DNA of 64,000 nucleotides from assembly GCA_965240325.2 (NCBI GenBank), contig OZ251233.1, positions 1,178,001-1,242,000 of the forward strand, given 5' to 3'. Numbering within the stretch: position 1 is the first letter of the stretch; each line of letters starts with the position of its first letter. Shown here one piece after another: positions 56,975 to 64,000 of this stretch. The stretch is from Rebecca billardiae RCC1528. Lineage: Eukaryota > Protista > Haptophyta. Under the pieces are notes generated by a model that ran no database searches, had not been told where the DNA came from, and saw nothing but the letters and a program-made list of their open reading frames with translations. Both the position numbers and the translations under genes were made by a program.

Positions 56975-58294
56975 TCATCCCGCGCGCATCATCATCCTCC
57001 ACACGATGTTGGCCGCGCGCTCGCTTGGCATCTGCCCGTCGGAGGTGCTGTCCGCGACGAGCGCCTCGCACACTGGGGCGAGCGCGCACAGCTGGGCTGC
57101 GCGAGCAGCGCGCGCGCTACCAGGCCCGCGCACGTCGAACGCCAGCGGCGCGACCGTGTCGGCGAGGCGCGCGGGCGTGCACCGACTGAACAGCACCTCT
57201 GGCAGCGGCGCGCGCTCGCCTCCGGCCGCGGGCTCGGGTGGGTCGCGCTCGGGCGGCACGCCGTCGAGCTCGAGCAGCAGGTTGGGGATGGACACGTGGT
57301 GCACACGCGCGAGCGCGCGCGCCGCGAGCTCTGTCAGCGCGGACGCGCGGTAGAAGGCCACGGTCGGGCGCGCGTGCAGCGCGCACTCGAGGGCGGCGGT
57401 GCCTGACGCGCACACGGCGACGTCGCTCGCGCCTAGCGCGGCTCGGAGCGCGTGGGGCGCTGCGTTGGTGGTGACGACGACGCGCGCGTCGTCCGACGGC
57501 ACGCCGAGCTCGCGCACGCGCGCGCGCACGAGCGCGTCCGTCGTCGGCGGCGCCACGAAGAGCGCCTGGAACCGGTGGCCGCTTTTGCGCAGCGCGCCGA
57601 GCGTGCGCGGCAGCAGCTCCATCGAGCGCGCCGCCTCTGCGGGGCGCGATCCGGGCAGGAGGGCGAGGACGGTCGCGTCGGGGGCGAGGCCCAGGCTCGC
57701 GCGGGCGAGGGCCCGCTCGGACGCGTCCACGCCGCGCGAGCCGCCCGCCTCGAGGAACGCCTCCACGGCCGGGTGCCCGACCACCGAAGTGTTCTGCACG
57801 CCCGCCGCACGCCAGTACTCCGCTTCGAACGGCAGCAGGAGCAGCAGCTGGTCGGCGAGCTCGGCGAAGCGCCGCGCGCCTCGCAGGCCGTCGCGGTAGG
57901 CCCATGCCGAGGGCGCCACGTACTGCACGAGTGGGGGCGTCGCCGCGCCGAGCCGCGCGCGCACGGCGCGCATGAGCCGCGCGTTGAAGCCCTTTGAATC
58001 GATGCACACGACGCAGTCAGGCCGGCGGTGGGCGATGTCGTCCGCCGTCTGCGACAGCCGCCACGCGAGGCGGGGGAGATGCGGCACGAGCTCGAGGAGG
58101 CCCATGACCGAGAGATCGCTCATTGGATAGAGGGAGCTCAGCCCGTGCGAGCACATCTGCTCGCCGCCGACGCCCGCAAACCTGACGGGCGACGGCGCCG
58201 CCACCCGAGCGAGCGAGCGCATGAGCCGCGCGCCGATCATGTCGCCCGACGCCTCGCCCGCCACGAGGTAGACGAGGCGGCTGGCGCCCCGCAT
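56975..58294 (-). CDS. lpxB: Lipid-A-disaccharide synthase (GT19)
   Basis: LVAGEASGD, GVGGEQM, LSVMGL.E, IDSKGFN, YVAPSAWAYR, LLPFE, VGHP, LLPGSR, ASGTAALE. Confidence 0.93.
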   Translation of the reverse strand: MRGASRLVYLVAGEASGDMIGARLMRSLARVAAPSPVRFAGVGGEQMCSHGLSSLYPMSDLSVMGLLELVPHLPRLAWRLSQTADDIAHRRPDCVVCIDSKGFNARLMRAVRARLGAATPPLVQYVAPSAWAYRDGLRGARRFAELADQLLLLLPFEAEYWRAAGVQNTSVVGHPAVEAFLEAGGSRGVDASERALARASLGLAPDATVLALLPGSRPAEAARSMELLPRTLGALRKSGHRFQALFVAPPTTDALVRARVRELGVPSDDARVVVTTNAAPHALRAALGASDVAVCASGTAALECALHARPTVAFYRASALTELAARALARVHHVSIPNLLLELDGVPPERDPPEPAAGGERAPLPEVLFSRCTPARLADTVAPLAFDVRGPGSARAARAAQLCALAPVCEALVADSTSDGQMPSERAANIVWRMMMRAG

Positions 58295-58463
58295 GCGCCT
58301 CGCGTGCCAGCCCCCCACTCTTTTGCCAACTCCACCAAAGCCCGCTCGCGCCCGGCAGCCATCGTGCGGCCTGCTCGCGGCCGATCGGCAGCGTCGAACC
58401 GCGGAGCGTGCGTGCGGTCCAGCTCACGGTTGAGGTCTTTGCCGCCCCCAGTGGAGAGCAGCG

Positions 58464-59412
58464 ATGCTCGCGGTGTTCGCGGTGGCTGCTTTGGCTGCGG
58501 ATGCAGCCTACCTGTTCCAGCCAGGCTACCTGGCCGACGGCAACGACCTGGGTGAGCTCTTCTTCAACATCGCGGTACGCGTGGCAGCTCGATCGCGCAC
58601 GCGCGCGCCTCGCCAGCACCCACACAACGGCGAGCCCCCGCGCCGCCGGCGCGCGCCGCCGCACGCGAGCAGGACGCGAAGAAGTACTGCGACAAGGAGC
58701 CCGCGTGCAAGGGCTTCACGTTCAAGGACACCGAGGAACCCACCTTCAAGCTCTCCGTGCGCTTCAAGTCCAACTCGGCCGTGACGTACGACCCACTGTG
58801 GCTCTCCTACACAAAGACAGCGTCCAGCACACCGTACTTCTACCAGGCGGGGTACCTGGGCGACGGGAAGGAGCTGCACTCGGGCCAGATGACGCTCAGC
58901 GACGCGCAGGTGCGCGCGCGCCGCCGAGCCACAGGCCCAGCGCACGCCGTCGCGCGGCAGCGCCATTCCCACCGGGCTGCCGGCACCCGCCGCGCCCGCG
59001 CTCGCGCGCGCAGACGTGGTGTGACAAGAGCGCGAAGTGCAAGGGGTTCAGCGCGGAGAAGATGAAGGCGTCGATGGACACCCTCTTCATCCGCTTCCAG
59101 GACAGCGAGCGCGTCACCTACGACGGCAACTGGATGTCCTACACCAAGGTGGCCAAGACGGCGGGCCACCAGCCGTACACGTACCACCCGGGGTACCTCG
59201 GCGACGGGAAGACGGTGCACGAGGCGTTCATGACGATCGAGAACGCCAAGATGTACTGCGACGTCAACGCCAAGTGCGCCGGCTTCACCGTCGACAAGGA
59301 GGTGCCCGAGTCCACGATGGAGCTGTTCGTGCGCTTCAAGAGCGACCCGCAGGTCTCGTACGACCCGGGCTTTGCTTCGTACGTGAAGGACACGGTCAAG
59401 AGCGAGCTGTGA
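58464..59412 (+). CDS. Signal-peptide protein with three PAN/apple-like repeats and KDEL-like end (KSEL); exons 58464-58574, 58673-58909, 59014-59412
   Basis: Two in-frame GT-AG introns yield three repeats Y.Y.PGYL.DG..L....T...A..YCD....C.GF...F.RF.....V.YD..W.SY.K. Confidence 0.88.
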
Positions 59413-60027
59413 GCCTGGGCCGCGCGGCCGGGGCGGCATGGGCGCCGCGGGCCGGCGCCTCGGCGGGGGCGCTTCGGGCCAGCGAAGTGGGCGCTGCGAC
59501 CCAGCGTCCGTGGGGAGGCGGCCGCGGCATCGCGACGAGTCGGCCATGAGCCCGGATGCGGCACAATCAGCAGACATCAGTGTCAATAAATAACATGATT
59601 CAGCCGCATGCAATGGCACCGACGAAACTTATAACTGCTACTAGTCTGCCCGGACCTGGAATCACTACTGATGCCGCCACTGCGGTGAGTGACTGTCGAT
59701 GGTGAGTGGTTGGTGACTGCGCCACACGGGCCCAGTGCATGCCCAGTACTAGTAGACAACGACACTGCCACTGGCGGCTCGGGCCGGCTCCCGGTCCGAC
59801 TCCGCCGCCCCGCCCCGTCGAGGCGCTGCCGCAATGATGGCGAGTGCACTCATCGTCTAGAGGAGGTTGAGGGGTTGTGCCAAAGGCTCTAAATGGGTAG
59901 GCATTTTAGCTACAGATTCGGCCAGACGTACCCCTTTCCCCTATTTAGAGCGTGGAACGCCCTATTTAAAATCATACCATTTATTTTTAATATATATTTA
60001 GTAATTGTTAAAATTAACCAGACTCTA

Positions 60028-60088
60028 TACAGTTTACTAAGAATAAGAGACGCACACAGCTCAGGCAGGCGAGATTGACGCCCAACTG
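60028..60088 (+). repeat. Dispersed repeat core, copy 2 (copy 1 at 12828-12894)
   Basis: Same AAGAGACGCACACAGCTCAGGCAGGCGAGAT core inside an AT-rich island at about 59880-60250. Confidence 0.9.
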
Positions 60089-60423
60089 CTGGCTATCTTC
60101 TGACCGTTCTCTGATGGAAATGTTTTAGGAATAAAATAACTTATCAAGACCACATTTATAATAATATGAAAAACCTCTACCATTCGTTTCAAATGTTATG
60201 CTATTTTAAATCATGGCAGTAGTTGCCAATAAATTATAATGATTCCTGCTACGTGTGCATCGCGGCGCCGAACGCCGGTTGAAGGGGAGCAGCACAACCG
60301 GCTCTCTCGATCGGCGCACCACCGGCGCAAGGCTCGTTAGGGCCAACGCCGCCACCGTCGACCCATCAATCACACACGCCTCGGTCGACATCAACGGATG
60401 CGTGCGCAGACGCATTGCAAGCG

Positions 60424-61152
60424 ATGCTGGGAGATCGCGTACACGACCTGCAAGCCATTCTGCGCTCGCTTACGCCGTCACGAAAAGCGCCGCCCGATAT
60501 CGTGCTGCTGCAGGCAGCTTACGATTCGAAACGATCCCAAAAACCTCGATCGTCATTCTACCCGCGGGAGGCGGTGCTTAAAACTTGCAATGGGCGCGTG
60601 CGGCTGCTTCGAAACGAGCTGCTACGCCGCGATCGCGCCTTACACGACGCCATCTTCAACTTGCAACCGCTACCACCTGCGCCGTCATCGCACGACCGGT
60701 GCCACTCATTTCGTTGCTCACACCAACCATTACGCTCGCAACTAACATGTCTGCCTGCGTGTGCGAGCACAGCAGCAACCACCGCACCGAGCGTGACATC
60801 AACAGCACACGCGCCATCGTTGCTGCACGCCGGCTCGCCGTACGCGCCGCCACCCGCGAAGAACGCGCACGCCACGACCGATACACCACCAACACCAGCA
60901 CCATCCACCGCAGCGAGCACGGCGCAGAATTCCACGCCTGCTGCGGGCAGCGGAGCCGCTGCTGACGCAACCGACGAGCTTCACACGTTTTTCCAGCTGA
61001 CAACGGCGCTCGAGGCGTACGCCAAGCGGCCGCAAGAAGCGCGCGCACAAGGTCTGCGATACCCGCGGGCCGCCACGCTCGCGCGCCCGTCGCTCCTCCA
61101 GCCGCCGCGTGGCTCGCCGCCAACGATGGCGACCGGGGGAGGCCACCAATAA
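60424..61152 (+). CDS. Hypothetical protein or gene remnant with Thr/Ala/Pro-rich region
   Basis: 242-aa ORF, weak codon bias, no recognisable domain. Confidence 0.3.
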   Translation: MLGDRVHDLQAILRSLTPSRKAPPDIVLLQAAYDSKRSQKPRSSFYPREAVLKTCNGRVRLLRNELLRRDRALHDAIFNLQPLPPAPSSHDRCHSFRCSHQPLRSQLTCLPACASTAATTAPSVTSTAHAPSLLHAGSPYAPPPAKNAHATTDTPPTPAPSTAASTAQNSTPAAGSGAAADATDELHTFFQLTTALEAYAKRPQEARAQGLRYPRAATLARPSLLQPPRGSPPTMATGGGHQ

Positions 61153-61246
61153 TGACGCCCAGCGCCCGGTGTGATACATTTACGGCCAATTTGGGATTTA
61201 TCCTTGGGACGAAACTCTTGCAGAGCCCAGCCTGTCGGTGGTGACG

Positions 61247-62296
61247 ATGTCGATGACGATGCAGATCTTTTGGGCCCTCGTGAGCGCGAGCATGCTTTAC
61301 GGCGTCGAGTGCGCGGCCGGCGGCGCCGAGCACACGCAATCCGACGTAGTTCGTCGTTTCAAGAAGTGCGCGATCCGCACAGCGCATGAGTTCACCCCGC
61401 GGCCACAGGATGCGCGCCAAGGCGCCACATCCCATCCCGCCGGTCGGGGCAAATGCGACGTGGTTCACGTATCCGAGAAGCACAGGTTCATGCTGGTGCA
61501 GAACCAGAGGGCAGCATCGAGTGTCTTCAAGGGGATGATATACGCTGCCTTCACAGGCGTGAACCATCCGCTGGGTGCACAATCCCCGCTTCATCGATGC
61601 GAGTCGTGCAGGCGCAAGCTCAAGTTCGCCAAGGTGACCTCGTGCCTGCTGCCGCGCGAGTGGCTTCGAGACTTCTTCAAGTACAGCCACGTGCGGGATC
61701 CCCTGGCAAGGTTCGTCAGTGGCTTGCACCAAGCCAGGATCTCGAACGCCACCAACTTTGCGAATATCACGTTCGAGTCGGCCATGGCGCGCATGACCGA
61801 CTCGTACGGGGGCTGGGGCGACTCGCACCTCGAATCTAGCCTGTTCAAGCTGAGTCCTTATCTTGATGACGGCCGCCCAGTGGATCTGGACTTCATCGCC
61901 ACGACGGAAAATATCGTGGCTGACGTGGACCACATTGCGAGACACATGCACAACATCACACATGAGCAGCGCAAAATCATGCTTGCTTTCGCAGAAGCCA
62001 GTGCGAGGGGAGACGCCACACTTCCACGAGCTGCAATCAACAAGTTCGTCAACGGTGGCTCTAAGCCGCGGGGCCGCCTGTCGCGGCTGCCTGCTGATTT
62101 CACGATGCACAAGTCATCACCACAAGAACAGCTGATACCACACACACACACAGAACGCCACTCCCTTCCCTTGCATCTGGTGCGGAAATTTTGCATGTTC
62201 CGGCGGCAGGAGTACGAATGCCTTAACTATGAGCAGCCCTTGGAATGTCGAGACCAAGACTCCGATGCCTTCGGCCGACCATCACCTCCCTACTGA
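61247..62296 (+). CDS. Carbohydrate sulfotransferase-like protein (Sulfotransfer_2)
   Basis: Signal/anchor IFWALVSASMLYG; HRFMLVQNQRAASS (5'-PSB-like), FKYSHVRDPLARFVSG (3'-PB), DFIATTENI. Confidence 0.85.
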   Translation: MSMTMQIFWALVSASMLYGVECAAGGAEHTQSDVVRRFKKCAIRTAHEFTPRPQDARQGATSHPAGRGKCDVVHVSEKHRFMLVQNQRAASSVFKGMIYAAFTGVNHPLGAQSPLHRCESCRRKLKFAKVTSCLLPREWLRDFFKYSHVRDPLARFVSGLHQARISNATNFANITFESAMARMTDSYGGWGDSHLESSLFKLSPYLDDGRPVDLDFIATTENIVADVDHIARHMHNITHEQRKIMLAFAEASARGDATLPRAAINKFVNGGSKPRGRLSRLPADFTMHKSSPQEQLIPHTHTERHSLPLHLVRKFCMFRRQEYECLNYEQPLECRDQDSDAFGRPSPPY

Positions 62297-62930
62297 CTCG
62301 GATGCGGCAGTGAGCCCATCCAGTTGGCTCCGACGCACATGCAGCCGCTCTTCCATCGACTGCCCAGCCTCCCTGCGCCACAGCAGACAGACATGCTGTC
62401 GCTGAGCGGCCACTCTGAGCTTGGCGGGTGAGTCAGCTGGTTTTATAAGTGGTTAGTCGACTTTCTTCACTAACCGCGCTTCGGCTTTGCTCGAACTGAA
62501 AAATCGCATTCCCTTCGCCGAAGCAGACGGTGCACGTTTCTATAATATTTAATAATAATCCGGCGGACGACTCAGCTGTGCTGACTTTGAAACTGCGCCG
62601 AAGTTCATCCGAAGCTGAAGCAGCCAGCCTAGCAGCAGCAGTCACAGTCACTCCGCAGCGCGTAGTAACTACGTTCGTAGCTTAACGTCCGCCCAGACAC
62701 AGGAATAAGGTGGTAGATGCGCTGCCACGCTCCAGCTGGGCACCGCCGCCGCGCGGCGGCAGCTACATGCATGCCGCGCTGGTGCGGCGACTGTCACTGC
62801 CGACTGCTGTGACTATCCAGCGGCTGCCAGAGTGTCGTTTTTTCGGCGCTCGTGTGCAACTGGTCCGCATGATATCTATGCTGATGACTATGTCTAGTCG
62901 TCAGACTAGCAGTAGCACACGCGCTTGCAG

Positions 62931-62977
62931 TTTCGGGCCATTGTCAATGGCCATTTGGACCATGGGTGAAGATACTT
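62931..62977 (+). repeat. 47-bp exact copy of 63742-63788
   Basis: TTTCGGGCCATTGTCAATGGCCATTTGGACCATGGGTGAAGATACTT at both positions. Confidence 0.92.
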
Positions 62978-63435
62978 GGGTGAAGTATCTTCTAAACAAG
63001 GTCATGGCCAGGCTCACGTCCCGTCCACCGACTATCATACATCTATAGGCAGAATTCGCGGACGAGTGCCCTTTTTGGCACTACGAACTCAATGTCTAAA
63101 GGAGGTCTCAAAAACTCTGCGAAACTCCGTCTCCTCCGGCCCTGAAAATCGTCCCCCGTCCGACCTTTTTTCTTGACTTTATTTTGAAACGTGTTTAGTG
63201 CGGCCCGCGGGCGGGCTCCATGCGGAGCGCTCCGCGCCCCAGTGCACCGCTGACCATGTAACGACGTGGTATGCTATTAAACGGGCAGGCGATATGTAAC
63301 TATATATATATACATTCCCTTTATAATAATAACGGACTGGTGTGGCTGCGTGTGAGTATTGTGATCGACATACCGAGTATGATGTAGCTATACTGCTATT
63401 GAGTCTTATTGCAGTGTAAAGAACATACACGCCTG

Positions 63436-64000
63436 CTAGTGTCGTTTTTTGCTGCTGGCAATCTGCTTGAGCATCTCACGCACCCTGTGCAGTGTGTGTT
63501 CGTCAAATCCCAGAGATGCATTGCAACATGTAGCCTGGAAGCTCCGGTAGTCGAAGACCTCAGCTGGATCGGCGTATGGCAACCTGCCAAGGGCATCAGC
63601 CTCCGGGGGAATGCAGGACTGGTCTTGCACAGAATGATGAGTCTTCACTGTCTTGCCCCTGGTCCTGGAGAAGACTGATTTCATGGCGCACGGTGACCAG
63701 AGCATGGTGGGACGTCCCAGCTTCGAAGCACATGCGCTTTCTTTCGGGCCATTGTCAATGGCCATTTGGACCATGGGTGAAGATACTTTGATCACCTGCT
63801 CTTGCGAGGTTTTTGAGCCAACAAGCACATCAGAAGTCCAGGCAGCGTGCCAGTTGCGAAAGCGGTTGGTGTCGATTGCCACGGTAACACTCGACCCCAG
63901 GCGCTCAAAGGCAGGGCAACAGAGCTGGTCCTCGGTCTCCCGAGTCACCACAATCTCAAGTTGGCATCCATGGCCAGCCACAGTCACATTCATCCACTCA
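63436..64000 (-). CDS. Hypothetical Cys-containing protein, C-terminal part (5' partial)
   Basis: Frame open to the window edge in DNA of roughly 50% GC, where long chance ORFs are unlikely; no family recognised. Confidence 0.55.
   Translation of the reverse strand, partial: EWMNVTVAGHGCQLEIVVTRETEDQLCCPAFERLGSSVTVAIDTNRFRNWHAAWTSDVLVGSKTSQEQVIKVSSPMVQMAIDNGPKESACASKLGRPTMLWSPCAMKSVFSRTRGKTVKTHHSVQDQSCIPPEADALGRLPYADPAEVFDYRSFQATCCNASLGFDEHTLHRVREMLKQIASSKKRH

Noticed and set aside
56975-58294. Bacterial contamination suggested by lpxB, rsmE and the Prx5
   Set aside because: Interleaved with intron-containing eukaryotic genes, same codon style, no operon structure.
1-64000. tRNA, rRNA, telomeric repeats, autonomous transposase or reverse transcriptase genes
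   Set aside because: No recognisable signatures by eye; covariance-model and HMM searches were not possible.

Overview
Eukaryotic, very GC-rich, gene-dense DNA. Short GT-AG introns (9 of 10 inferred start GTGCGC), many secretory-pathway sulfo-/methyl-/glycosyltransferases and an AFAP-type plastid presequence suggest a haptophyte-like alga (inference). Most of the supplied ORF track is GC-rich shadow ORFs. About 22 genes are supported: CLPTM1 3' end, two methyltransferases, two sulfotransferases, DUF866/CZIB, BSD+LamG protein, GT8, TRM10, a 2620-aa membrane-anchored multidomain subtilase, ankyrin protein, RsmE, polyamine oxidase, DUF3405-like, a glutaminase-fold enzyme, an IQ/EF-hand/UBA-repeat protein, a clan GH-D-like protein, a Prx5-type peroxiredoxin, LpxB and a PAN-like repeat protein. 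The most striking non-coding structure is a set of non-autonomous DNA transposons with 7-bp target-site duplications. One is a 7.8-kb CA...TG foldback (4845-12638) whose arms each carry about 12-13 copies of a 214-bp satellite. The others are a 1.1-kb CA...TG foldback with 397-bp arms (54201-55319) and a 2-kb element with 13-bp TIRs (16823-18793). A CACAG...CTGTG element (369-3001) has a TA duplication. No rRNA, tRNA or CRISPR was seen.
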